Below, one piece after another: positions 38,032 through 50,139 of a DNA stretch of 64,000 nt (positions within the stretch are counted from its first letter, which is position 1; every line of letters begins with the position of its first letter). Origin of the DNA: Lama guanicoe (Eukaryota); assembly GCA_013239625.1 (NCBI GenBank), contig MU056050.1:92337-156336 (forward strand), given 5' to 3'. The notes under the pieces are model-generated. The model was not told where the DNA came from, ran no database searches, and was given only the letters and a program-made list of their open reading frames with translations. The position numbers were made by a program, and so were the translations under genes.

Positions 38032-38343
38032 AAGGGGTCCACGATCCCTTTCCTTAATCTTGAAATCCATGAAGCTCTTAAAACCAAAAGGGCTTTTTGT
38101 AACTAAGTTGGTGGCAAAACCTGACTTTGAACTGATGTGAGGTTATCTTATAATGTTTATCTACTTAGTATAAAAATTCACAGTTTATTATGGAAAGATG
38201 AAGGGATTTGATTACGGGGTAGATCTCAAGACCCCACTGGGATGTTAGATAATGTATGATATATGCGCTGTGTAATCTTTCTGAAATTAAACAAGTCTAA
38301 ATTTGAAAACACATCTGGATTCAGATAAGGGATTGCAGACCTG
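38032..38343. mobile_element. Old Tc1/mariner (Tigger-like) MITE
   Basis: Imperfect terminal inverted repeats ggtccacgatccctt / aagggattgcagacc flanked by TA; family not identified. Confidence 0.6.
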
Positions 38344-40318
38344 TATAAACAAAGGTAAATGAAAATACAGCCCGACTTCTCACACAGGAGAATGTGAGTA
38401 TTTTCTAAGAACCATGAGTAGGAGGAATCTATGGTAGGGAGTTCAAAGATGGTAGACACCACTGTGGATCCCAGTGGTTGAGAAATGTCCTAACTGTGAG
38501 TTTAAGTTGGGATAGGACAGAGTATTTAGATAAACAGAGAAAGCATTCAGGGAGGGCATTCCAACCCAAGTCATGTTCAGAGGACTATGAATTGACAATC
38601 TGGGCAAAAGAGAGGTAGGGGAGCCCAGGCCTAGGGTGTCTTCAGAGAGCTTTGAATGACAGTGCTGAGGCAGCAGGAAGCCAATGAAGGTTAATCTTAT
38701 CTAGCCAATCAAAACTCAAGTCTCATCTTTGAAATGTACTTACTAAGCTAGGAACTTTATCTTAGAATGATCTTATAGTTTAGAAACATTTTCAACAAGA
38801 GGTGGAAAAAAATTCTGCCTAATTCACAATAAACCACCAAATCCCAGTACCCGGAGCTCCTTACATTTCCTGAACATTCAAGTTAGTCAAAACTTTGTTG
38901 GATTTATCAAGAGTCTTCACATGTGAAGCAGACGCTACCCTGGCCTAGAGAAGGTTTCTGGACTACTGATTGTTCTTCATGAGCCCTGTTGTCTCTGTCT
39001 CCTATTATCCCATGGTAATACTGATGTAATTTTTGATTAACAAACCCCCCCACCTGGGAAATAGGCAGAAACTCCTGATTTCTTTCCTGAAAGAAAACCC
39101 AGGCTGTGTGGGCCCTAGCAGTACAACAGCTGAGGGAGAGAGTGCTAGAATGAAAGCCCTGATCAGGTGGCCAACTCCATCTTGTGGGTTGCATGGGAAA
39201 CACATTTAGAGGCATCATTCTCCTGGATCAAAGGTTAAGAGAGTTACAGAGGTGCAGGCTCTCTCCCCTGACTTTTTCGGCTTCTTACAACACAGGTTCT
39301 TCCTTTTTTAGGAGGAGGTTCTGCCTCCAGAGTAGAAAGCTCACTGGAACTCTTCTGCAATGGAATAGGTCTTGAATATTCAAAGGCAGTACAAGTCCTA
39401 AGCCAGTTTGTCTTTCTGTGTTGGTTTTCATGTTGAAAAAAATTGTACAGTTCAGCCTGTACAGATTAGCACACCTTTAAAAATGCATGTTGCATATGTG
39501 TCTTTGGATGATGATAACACATTCCAGCTCAGGGAGAGTAGCAAACACCCTATCAAAATGCACCTCCCTGTACAAGGGCATCTCATTTGGCAAAATAAAG
39601 ATGCCTCAGAAAAGTTTCGTGTGACTTAGAGTTCTGCAAATATAGTCACATTTTGAAATGCCTGAGATCTCAACATTGAAACGAATTGCATGGTAAGTCT
39701 TCTTTTAATCTAATAAACTGCTCCCTAATTTGCCTGTTTTAAAAATTTAAATTCTCATGTACAGCTTTAACCAGAGTCACCAATAATCTGCAGAGTTCCC
39801 ATTAACCTGACATTTTTTCACAAGTCTATATAATGGTCATTTATATTCCTACCGACCAATTGATAGTGCAGAATCTTAAAATATCACAGTATGGTCATTC
39901 TGGTTTTACTGTTTTAGTGTTCCAGGTGGTTGCTGATCCACCTGAACTACACTCCCTGTTCATTAAAATGCACTCCGAGGTAGGGAAACCACTGGCTCAG
40001 AGTTTGCACAGTACCTCTCTAATAACCAAACTATTCAATTAGTGAAAGCACTGCATGCTCACATAAGTCTGGATTCTCAGGAGTTTATTGTTTCCGAGGT
40101 ATGAGTCGTTCTTGCATTTGTTACAAATGACCTGACCTATAAACTCAAATGGATTTTTCTGGTCTTCAATCTGCAGTCTTCCCCCTTCACTTTCTATAAT
40201 TAAAACCCATTTTAAAGAAACAATCTACAGGAACTATAAAAGCAAAATTTTTTAGGTTAAACCATAGGGCACACTGCTAGGGATGGCTCTCCTATAACAT
40301 TTCCAAAGGAGCTCTTAG

Positions 40319-40319
<1 letters not shown>

Positions 40320-40360
<41 letters not shown>
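40320..40360. repeat. (CA)20 microsatellite
   Basis: Directly visible perfect array. Confidence 0.97.
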
Positions 40361-40362
<2 letters not shown>

Positions 40363-41341
40363 CCCCAGCGCTTTAACTTCCAGCGCTAGCTGAACATCAG
40401 GTACTCGAATAACAACAATCACGCGCCCTCCTTCCTTTGTTAATGTATTCCAACCCAGCCACCCACAGGCAGATATTCCACAGAGAAGGTTCAGAGCCCC
40501 CGTTCATGAATAGCAGTTGCTACTCTTAAATGACACGGAAAATACCTTCCCCCACCCAGGGAGAGTCTGAATCTTGGCTTGAGCAGTGGCTCATCAGTCA
40601 GAAATCTTTTACTAAATGCAGCTACCTGAAGCACACAAAGTCACGCAGACCCTATAAATTGCTTTTCCAAGCCACCAAAATGCAATCTTACCCCTCTTCC
40701 TCCCTCCACTCCCCCTTCTTGTGTTTAAAAATAAAACCCAATTTTGCTGACGACTGGTTTTCTTGCCTCACCACAGGAAGTGGACGGGGTGAGTTCTCAC
40801 ATCACGTGCTTAACAGAGGGCACCAAACGGTGTCTGTGGGACACCTGCCCTGGGTTGGGGGGAGCCCTGCCTGCCAGAGACCTGTGAGGAAGGAGCTTCC
40901 CAGGTGGGGCGGGCAGCCTTCAGCCGCGGGGAGGCACAGCCCACGTCAGGCCCCTGCTTGGCTATAGGGCTATTGAGGAGGCTGACTGTGGAATTGGTGA
41001 CCTAGGCAACAGGCGTCAGGCTTGGTCACTCACAGCGCTGGCTTCTCAAAGGCATCCATCTTTAATCCCTTCCCCTTCCTTTGCTTCTCTCTCCAACCCC
41101 CGCCTCTCCAGAAAAAAAAAGAGAGAGAGAGAACGAAAAGAAACAAAACAACAACAAAGACGTCTGACCTCTTTGCTAACCTAAAATGAGAAAGAAAAAA
41201 AACCAACCATCCTAAAGTTCCCTTCCCCTCTCTAGCAGTTACAGTTGGGAAGTCATTTAATTGAGATTAAAAATATGATCCAAACTTTAGAGTTAGGTTT
41301 TTGGGTTGAACAGCAGTGTGTGTAGATCCAAATGAGGTTTT

Positions 41342-41428
41342 TGTTTGTTTCTCCCCCAGCTTTACTGAGGTGTAATTGACAAATAAAATGGTATGTATTT
41401 AAAGCATACAACATGATGATTTGCTATA
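41342..41428 (-). mobile_element. Very short L1MA-like 3' end
   Basis: cagctttactgaggtgtaattgacaaataaaa motif; 12-bp TSD aaatgaggtttt at 41330-41341 and 41429-41440. Confidence 0.8.
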
Positions 41429-42635
41429 AAATGAGGTTTTGTGTGCAGGGTTCAATGGTTTCCAGAGTGGACTGCAGGCACCCCAGGGACGGGGAAAATA
41501 ATCCACTGAAATGTGGAAAGAAACTACTTGAACTCTCATTTCTTATTTTTCACTTATCTAAAAGAAGAAGAAAGAAATTATATGTTACATATTCAATAAA
41601 CAGACTGTCACTGGCGCCCTCCGTTGGTGTGAATGCCAGGTGACAAGGCGAGCTGTCCTTCTGGAGGAGGGCAAGTTCCAAGCAGCAAAGGGTTGGTGGT
41701 GGGGCAGTTTACATATGCCTGGACAGTCTTATCTAGTCTTAACTAAACTAGTCCCAACAAAACAGACAAGCGGTTTGGAAAGACTCCTGTTGAGAAATCG
41801 CAAAATGAAAATGACCCTAATAATGTAAACACAGCGAGCAAGAGGAAAATGACAGAACTGACACTTGGAACTCTCAGGGTGAGCTCTTTGTCAGCCACGC
41901 TGTGAGATCACGTTAAAAACCAGTGACGACAATGACGATCTAAACATATCTGATAAGAAGTCAGCCAAAAGTAGTCCAAATTATCTAGGAGGCTATTTGA
42001 AATAAGGATTTATAATCACTATCTTTAATGACAGACTTCATGTGAAGTGCATGTCATTCTTCAAAATTTTAGTATTAGTATGAAGATATTAAACATTAAT
42101 GTATATTTCATTTTATCAAATTTTTGCATTTCCTTTTTTGTATGCTTGATGAACATGTATATAATTTGTAAATGAATAAATATACATATTTTAGGAGTAA
42201 CTATTTCACAATTTACCTGATAGGAGGGCAGGATCACTTGGGAGATCAGTGCTGTAGGTCATAGACTGTCAGGTTGCCAAGGTCCTCAGATTTCAGGTAA
42301 GATCAGGTGACCTCTATTATATACAGGAAAGCAGATGCCCAGAGAGGAAAGGACCTCAGCCTAAGGTTAACACTGCTAGTTAGTAACATCTCCTAGATCA
42401 GAAAACCGAGGACATGACTTGCTAGTTAAGAGACGAGGCTGGGATTCTTCTGTTTCTTAGTCCAGTGCTCTTCTAAACGGGCCCAGAGTGGCCTCTCTAT
42501 GTAAACGTGGAGATATGTAAAGGGGGAAAGCTGAGCAAACACAAAAACTCAGACAGAATTGAAAACCATCAGAGTAGAACCCAAATGTCTGTAGCCAGCA
42601 AGCTACTGAGACCTACCTATGAGTTCTATACTTAC

Positions 42636-42778
42636 AATAACTCCCGGGTAATAACCTCCAACAGTCACATTCTGGGTCCTGGTGGTTGCAGCGAGGCCCA
42701 CCGTGAGAATTAGCACGGACACAATAAGCAAAGTCACGGTGACATAGATGGAGTTTCGTTTCCTCCGATTGAAGGCTC
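42636..42778 (-). CDS. TMEM255A: TMEM255A exon 2 (GAFNRRKRNSIYVTVTLLIVSVLILTVGLAATTRTQNVTVGGYYPGVI)
   Basis: Inside ORF 42603..42788; ttttcAG acceptor, GTAAGT donor; 143 nt restores phase 0; first hydrophobic segment. Confidence 0.97.
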
Positions 42779-43170
42779 CTGAAAACACACGGAGAAACAG
42801 AAATTGCTCATCTCAGTGAGAGAAGGGATGGACTTAGAAGAATCACTAGGAAGGTTCTCCTTTCCTACTCCAACTGGTGACTGGGGTTATCTCTGGGGAG
42901 TGGGATTCTGGGGAAGAGATAGAGCTCTAGTTTTTTTGCAGCCATCAGATGCCACGTTTGCAATAATAATAATATATATATTTCCAGTTTGAAAATAAAC
43001 AACAGAAGAAATCATACCAGTTATGTAAAACCAAAGCTAAACAAATTTTCTGCTTTTGGCATTCTATAAAAGATGTGTCATACCTATTTAGTGGAGTGGT
43101 TTTTTAGGCCAAATTATAAGGCATATGATAAATGGAAAGTGTACTGTGGAGGTATTAAATGAAAATATTT

Positions 43171-43213
43171 TACAGTCCTCTGCTCTACCAACTGAGCTAT
43201 CGAAGGCCCCGGC
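43171..43213 (-). pseudogene. Tailless retropseudogene of the tRNA-Tyr(GTA) 5' half with a 7-nt 5' extension
   Basis: Minus strand reads GCCGGGG-CCTTCGATAGCTCAGTTGGTAGAGCAGAGGACTGTA, 35/36 to the recalled mammalian tRNA-Tyr 5' half; perfect 17-bp TSD at 43156-43172 and 43214-43230. Confidence 0.92.
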
Positions 43214-46200
43214 TAAATGAAAATATTTTAAAGCCAAGATGCAACTAAGAAGAGTTTTTTCATAAGCTGAAGATACGAAATTTCATTTTCAGTGCAAACA
43301 TCAGAAGCAAGCCGGGTACTGGGATTTTTTTCTTTCATTTATTTCTGACATTTGCCACCTCATGTATAAACTTTAAAATGGTGTGTTGGCAAGATTTGCC
43401 ATATAACAAGTGTGTGTAATAAACTAAGTGTTTGGAGGCTATTAGTCCACAAAGATGTGTATCGGGGGAGGTAGATGGAGAGGATTATAACTTACACCGT
43501 TTAGGCTTATGTGAGGGTGACATAAATACGAATGATGAGAAACCCATTCTCCTACTCAGTGCTTATCAGACATGATAGCGCAGACCAATATTTTTTTTTG
43601 AAAACAGGCTTATTAAGCCAGATAGAAAAATGGTATCTAGACTCGCTTTTCAATTTAATTTTTTTTTTAAGGAATGGAGCACCGCTCAACACTCTGAATG
43701 CGTTTCTCTGGCACAGGAGGGGGTTCTCAACAGGAAAGACCAGGGATGAGTTACCACCTAGGCATCATCATAAAAATAAGCAACTGGGGGAATTGCTATG
43801 AGAGACCAGTTCTCCAGTGGGTAAGATGAAGCGGTGGGGAGCCTGATAATGGGGTCGCCCACCCAGGTGACTAGGCTGTCGTTTATAGGCCTAAAGAGGC
43901 CACTGGGGACTGTTCCGAGGACCCTGTCATTCTGGGAGGCCTCACTGCAGCCTCAGGAAGCAGCTGCCGGTGAAGCCGCCCAGACTGCACCACTGGGACG
44001 GAGGGGAGAGGGGATAAAGGAAGGGGGAGGGAGGCGAGAAAAGCAGCAAGACCCCGGAGGCCTGCTGGTGGTGAGAGGGAGGGGCTGCGGCTGGCCATGC
44101 AGCCCCGGGCAGATTCCCCCTCCTCGAAGAGAGAAGAACGTCAGGAGCGCCCCCCTGGCTGAGCCCACCAGCCATCTCGGCTCCCCTCGTGCGGTCCCTG
44201 CCCAAAGCTCCAAGGGAGGGGGGAGGGGCTGGCGGTCTCTCCCCTGACGTCAGCCTGGAAAGTGAGGGCCGTGACTCATCAGGGTCATTTCTAATACGAT
44301 ACTATTCTAAGACCATTTTACATCGAAATGTAGAGTGGCTTGAGCGTTTCGAGGCACCCACAGATGAAAGCGCCACATCACACCTTGGGAGGAGAGGTAA
44401 AGAGAGTTGGGAAACGAGACTCCTCTGGGAGGGGGGATTGAGTCCAGCCTCTAGGGGAGAAAACAGAAGGACCGCTTGAGACACCTGTGACATCAGGGCC
44501 CTTTGTGTGAGAGGGCTATTTGGGATGCAAATGGGTAGGGGACTTCTGGTAAACACTAGGAGCCCAGTGGGAGACTCCAACTGCGAAGGGTTGGGGCGGG
44601 GAGGAGCAGAATTGGTTTCTCCTGCTTATCTGAAGGTTAGTTATCCTTCCTCGAGATTCCTAGGGATCCTAAATGAGTCTTTAAGCCGAGGTCCCTAAGT
44701 CCATTTGATGATGGGCTGCTTCTCAGTGAATGTGCTTGTTGGCTCCACAGAGGGGCTCTAACACGAACTTACCAACATCACCTCCCAGTCCTGTCTGCCT
44801 TCTCCTTTGTCACTCACACCATCTTGGCCCTCCCCAGCCCCAAACTGGCAAAACAGAGTGAGGAAACATCTGGATACACCGAGAGTACCTTTGTGACACA
44901 CCAAAGTGTCTCAACACCTCACAGGGAAAACACATAGCCTTAGAGACTGGATTTGGGGGAGTGTGTGTGTAGTGTGTACGGGTTTTCTAAATGTCGTGGG
45001 TATCACTCGTCTGCTCCTTCCCCGCCAACTGGCTTCTGATCTTGTTCACAGCTCTTGGGTCTCCTTTGCAAATATCACTCTAACTCTTAAAAGCACAAGA
45101 GCCAGGTCAGAAAAGTGACTCAGCAAACCACATGGTGTCATTTGAAAATCTTTTTTTTTTCCTCCTGCTTTAGAAGTTGAATTGAAAATCCAGTCAGTTG
45201 AGAAACCCAGGCAGAGATCCTGCAGCTCCACAGGGGCCTTGCCTCCAGATAGGATTAGCTTTGGATAAAATTCCTAAGAAAACTCTCCCTTGACTATTCT
45301 CTGTCCCTTCACGCCCTCCCCCAGGTCACCCCTTATTTTACACCATAAGGACTAAAACTGCATAAAATGAAGTTATTTCTAGTTGCACTTGGGGAGTTGA
45401 CCATTGTAAGGAACCCCAGGGTGAATCCTTTCGACAAGTGTCACCCCTCCGTGTATCTTTAGTGTCAATTTGACTTAAAAGTCGCATCTACTGAGAGCAA
45501 GAGGCACCGGTCTTCTGAAGGTGTGGCCCAGGCTCCCAAAAGGCAACTTAGTGTGTCTGCTTAGGACATTTTCCTGCTGGTTGTTTTATTTGAGAAGGGA
45601 GAATTAGAGCTCTGTTCTTATTAGGGTACAATGTGGGACCTGCCTTAGATGTTCCTGTAAACACAGGAAAACCTTATTCCGATTTTGTTTAGTAAATAAA
45701 CATATCAAAAAACCTCAGACACCATGAGGTACTTAAATAAAGGAGCAGGTATTTGAAAACAGCGCCCATTACCGTGTCTGATACCGAGTGAACAGTCAAT
45801 ACTTGTTGAATAAACAAGAGGCAACATCTCAGAATCGCTTCCTTTCTCATCAAAAAGACTGTGGGGGCCATTGGGTGAATAAATATGGGCGACGCTCATA
45901 GAATTGATTTTTTAAAACAGGGTACACCCAAGGGCTCCCCAGAACTAAAAGCCTTCTGGCCAACTAGGGTCACAACCCCAATGTCTCTCACTGGCCTGTC
46001 TACTTGGCGCCCAGTGTTTTTCTATTTAGGCAACAACAACCACCCCTGCAACCAACAGCAGTGGGAGAGTCTGAATCCCGTCACTGCCACCCCCACCCCG
46101 CCCCCAGCAGCCTCCCTGCAGAATTACTGCAGCCCTCCCTCTCTGCAGTGCCCCACCTCCACCCCAGATTCGTGACGACCAGGATGCTCTGCTCTAAAAG

Positions 46201-47329
46201 CGCCCAATTACTTGCTGTCTCTACCCTTCCAAACACAGCCAGCTTCTCCCTCCTCTATGTTCCCCCTCTGGTCAGAGCCCCAACCTGCACTGCAGTCTTT
46301 GAACCTGAGTCCCTCCCTTCCTTCAAAACCTGTTCAAAATTCACCTCCTCCAAGAAGTTTTTCTTGATTAAGCTCATTCTACTCTAATCACTCATTATTT
46401 CATGTCCCTGACTTCCTAGATACTGCACTCAGTATATTAATTATAACTACTACAATTCCAATTGTAGTTGTGGGTCTGGTCCACAACCCATGATGTCCAC
46501 TAGTTCCAGGATTATGTATCTGACAGGAACCAAAGAGTGGGTTGCCAGAAGGCAGGATGATTGTCTCTGCTCACTTGTTTTTTACCTTGTACATGTTCTT
46601 GATTCCCCCTTGATTACAGGGTATGGAATCTCTATCAGAGTGCAGCAAGGATGGAGGCCCAGTATACTGTCCTGTGCACTACGTTGTTGCTGACTGACTA
46701 ATTCTTCGGGCAGATATTTGAACCAGTTAGGATTTGCTTACCTGAGTCAGCTTTGCCACACAGGGAGGGTCCCAGGAAGTCCCAGCATTGAGCATCCGTG
46801 GATACAGGTGGCTGCCCACACAAGAGCCTGAAGGCTCTGCCAATCTCCCAAACATTTCCTTAAAGGTGCTGAAATCCCCCCTTTGGGCAGTTCTTTGACC
46901 AGAGACACCCGAGGCCACCAGTGGATTACAAATGTGTTATTTACAAGGGAAGGAGCGCCCCGCTGTAGTGGAGGTGCCTTAGCGCCTGGGGGCGGTGTTG
47001 CCAAAAGGGAGATGGGGGTTGCTGGGAGTGGGATGAAGGGGCGCTGGAATCAAATTACCAGCCAAGTGCCTGCTCCGCTCGGAGCCTTGGACTAATCGCT
47101 CATCCCCAGGCAGCCGGCAAGCATAGAGTGCAGGCACCTTGGAGCAGTGTGTGTCTGTGTATTTTATATTTTATTGTTTTGGCTGCGATTGTGTACTGCC
47201 TGTAGAGGGAATCCCCTCAGAAATGCTGCCCTTGGAGGCTGAAACACTAACCCACCCACCCCCACTTCCCCTCCCCCCATGGCAGGGAAGGTGGCGTTGC
47301 CAGGACTGAGTTAAGTGGGAGTAGCTCCT

Positions 47330-47945
47330 AAACAGCCTAGACGCTGATTCAGGCCTGGGCTGTGCGGGACCAGCGCCAGGGAACTCCGAGGATACTCCCC
47401 TGTCCAAACTCTGGAAACCCAGGACTACCACCGACTCGGGAATTTGCTAGTGCCCTCGGTCTGCGGGCTTTACGAAGCCGGCTGCGCGGAGCGGGCTCGC
47501 GCGTCCATATGGGATCTGTGACTCTTTTCCCGCAGTGTCGACTCTGGGCTGGGCGAAGCCCACTCATCTTCTTGTTGCGCAGATCTTTCGGAAAACGCGT
47601 GATTGGCTGAGGGCCCCTGGGAGCCGGAGAAAGAACTCTCTTCATCTTGTTCCCCAGCACACAGAGCAGCGTGCCAAGGAGCAACGCTTTAAGTCCGGGG
47701 CCCCTAACCTGCCCACTCCCAAACCGGCAGACGGGCGGCGCTGGGGGCCGCGTTTGCAGGTGGTTGTGGCCCGCTGAGGGGATGCGCGCGGCCGAAGCCT
47801 CGCACTCTTCCACCCAGCCCTCCCTCGCGCACCAGCCTGGCGTCGGGGAGCCAGGGCTGCGTTGGCGCCACAGCTGGCCAAGGTGAGGAGTGCACTCTGT
47901 GTGCGTGCGCGCGTGTGCGTGTGTGTGTGTGTGCGTGTGTGTTGG
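47330..47945. promoter_or_regulatory. Second CpG-rich patch in intron 1
   Basis: Many CpGs, gattggc (CCAAT box on the minus strand) near 47601, gggcgg motif. Confidence 0.6.
47898..47942. repeat. Alternating purine-pyrimidine (TG/CG)n tract
   Basis: About 45 bp of uninterrupted alternation including gcgcgcg. Confidence 0.9.
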
Positions 47946-48599
47946 GGAGAGAGCTGGGGGGGAGTCTGGTACTGCTGGGTTCTGGATTCGGACCCGAGTC
48001 CTTGGCCTCATTTGTACCACGTTGCAAATAACTACGCCCTTAAAAAAAAAAAGAGCAAATTCTTATACAGAATATGCAAAACCATTGAAAATATGGATCT
48101 TTCCACCATCCAGGAGATAACACTTTCTGGGGCCCCTGCGGTGAACGAATTCTGCTGAAACTGAGTCTTTTGCAAGCAGTAAGGCGCTCACATAGGGGGT
48201 TCAGCCCTCTCCCTTGCCCCCTCCCCTCGATGTTCCCGCAAATTCTTCGGAGAAGACCTGAGCAGACTGGATGGCAAGAATTCGGGACGGAGGGATTTTG
48301 CAGAATGTAAAGTATGTTGGAAAGAGAGAATTCGATTTGGTTCAAGTATATCCGAGGCGAATTTTAAGATTAGGTGGGATCATGGTTTGACAATCCCCTC
48401 CCGCTCTCCTGGGCTCCAAATTAATTTCTCCGCCCAGTGAAATCATAGGGCTTGGGAAGGTGCCTAAAAGCTGACGGGGACTGGCGGGGGGGGGGTAGGG
48501 TTGTTTGTTTGTAACTACCAAAAAGCAGCTTCGAGGGGCAGCCAAGTTGGTGCCTGGAGGTAGCTGTCCCCCAGTTTCCATAAGGAAAGATATTGAACC

Positions 48600-49800
48600 A
48601 AATCAAGCTAGTGGGTTCCCCCCTCCCCCTCCCTTCCACCCAGAGTGGGAAAGCGCGACTTCAGAAGATGCGCGGGCTCGAGCACTGGCTCTTTCTTTCT
48701 CGCGCTTTCACTTGTTTCCCTCCCCCCCCCCTTTTCACACTAACGCACATTCCGTGCATTTGGAGCAAAATAGGAATCAAATTCAAGGAATGTTGATCCT
48801 GCCGCTGCAGACGGTCAGGCTGGGCTTTCTTGAGTGATTCCTCAGGAATTCCCCTCCTGCCAGCCCCTCTCCTTTCTTCTCTCCCCCTCGCCCATCCCCC
48901 AGGGTTGCGCAAACCCCCCCATCAGCGAGGTGCAAGTCAGGCCTCCCCGTACTGCAGCTCTGAATTTCAGGGCAGCGTCGACAGAGTTGGGAGGGGGCGA
49001 GGACCCTGCTTCTTCTAATTATCGTTAGTCGCGAGCTCTTAGAAGTGAAGGGGACTTTGCAAAGAGGGAGCGTCGAATGGAAAGCGAAGGCGCAGGTTGC
49101 AGGGAAGTGTTTTGATCCCCAGACAGCTGGGATTTACCACCAGCTGCAAGTCTGTCGGCACACGCACACAAACACGCACACACCCGCACTCCGGGGCAGG
49201 GATACTCCGACGCAATCTGGGCGCTCAGATCTCCGCGCATCGTCCCCGCCCCCGCCGGGCCGCTCCCCTGGGGCTCTGGTCCGAGACTCCGAAGCTGGGG
49301 CGCGCGGACCCCCTCCCTCGCCCAGCTTCCCGCTCCCTGGCTGTCGGAGCGGCCGGGGCGCTCCTAGTCCGGAGGGCAGCGCACTCACCCCTTGCCCGCC
49401 GCCGCCCCTAGGAAGGGCGGTTAGACTTACCCATGGAATCCGGCAGGGACATGTCGCTGGACCGCTGCTGAGTCAGGGACTGATGCATGGTGAAAGCTGC
49501 CCTGTGGCCCCGGTCCCCGAAGCTGCTTCACGCGCCCCCGGCTCAGGGCGCCCCGCAGAGCATCCTACTCCGCGGCGGCTGCCGCTCCCGGTACCTCCAG
49601 AGAGCTGAGAGAGGCTGCCTCTGGTTGCGAGCTGCAGCCCAAGTGCCGCCTCCCCCTCCCCCTCCCCTCTTCTCCCTCGCTCCTCTCCTGCCTCCCTCTG
49701 CTCCAGGAGGCAGCAGCATTGGCGGTCCGAGCAGCGACGTGCGCTTGCGCAAGACCCCCCTCCTCCCTCCCCCTCGGCCCCCCCATCCTAGTTATCCACC
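48600..49800. promoter_or_regulatory. CpG island: TMEM255A promoter, 5'UTR and start of intron 1
   Basis: Dense CpG and high GC surrounding exon 1, against CpG-depleted flanks; boundaries estimated by eye. Confidence 0.85.
49431..49488 (-). CDS. TMEM255A: TMEM255A coding exon 1 (MHQSLTQQRSSDMSLPDSM+G)
   Basis: Manual translation matches the recalled TMEM255A N-terminus; ATG in context ttcaccATGc; donor GTAAGT; 58 nt, phase 1. Confidence 0.96.
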
Positions 49801-50139
49801 TCACAGCCTCCAAAGCCAGACAGGGAGCTGTTTTAGCCCCTTGAGGCCAGGGCTGCGCAGAGAAAGAGGGGGAGGCTACAGCCTGGGGCCAACCGGCCTT
49901 CTCTGTAGTTTGAAGAGGGTCTTGGGCAAGCATCTTGTTCTAGTATTTATAATTGGGGAGAGGGCAGAGTAAGAGGTTCAGAGCTGAGAACACACACACA
50001 GAGACACACACACATTTGTGTAGGTTTGGTCTTAGTGCTTCCAGAATGACATAATGGAGCTGGAGATGATCCAGAGAAGGGCCACTCTATAATCAAGGAA
50101 TGGGGGAGGGAGAGGGGGCTGCCATATGAAGATAGATTA

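Noticed and set aside
47349..49972. Many long overlapping ORFs (up to 223 aa) on both strands
   Set aside because: Expected in GC-rich, stop-poor CpG islands; the translations are low-complexity Pro/Arg/Gly with no recognisable family.
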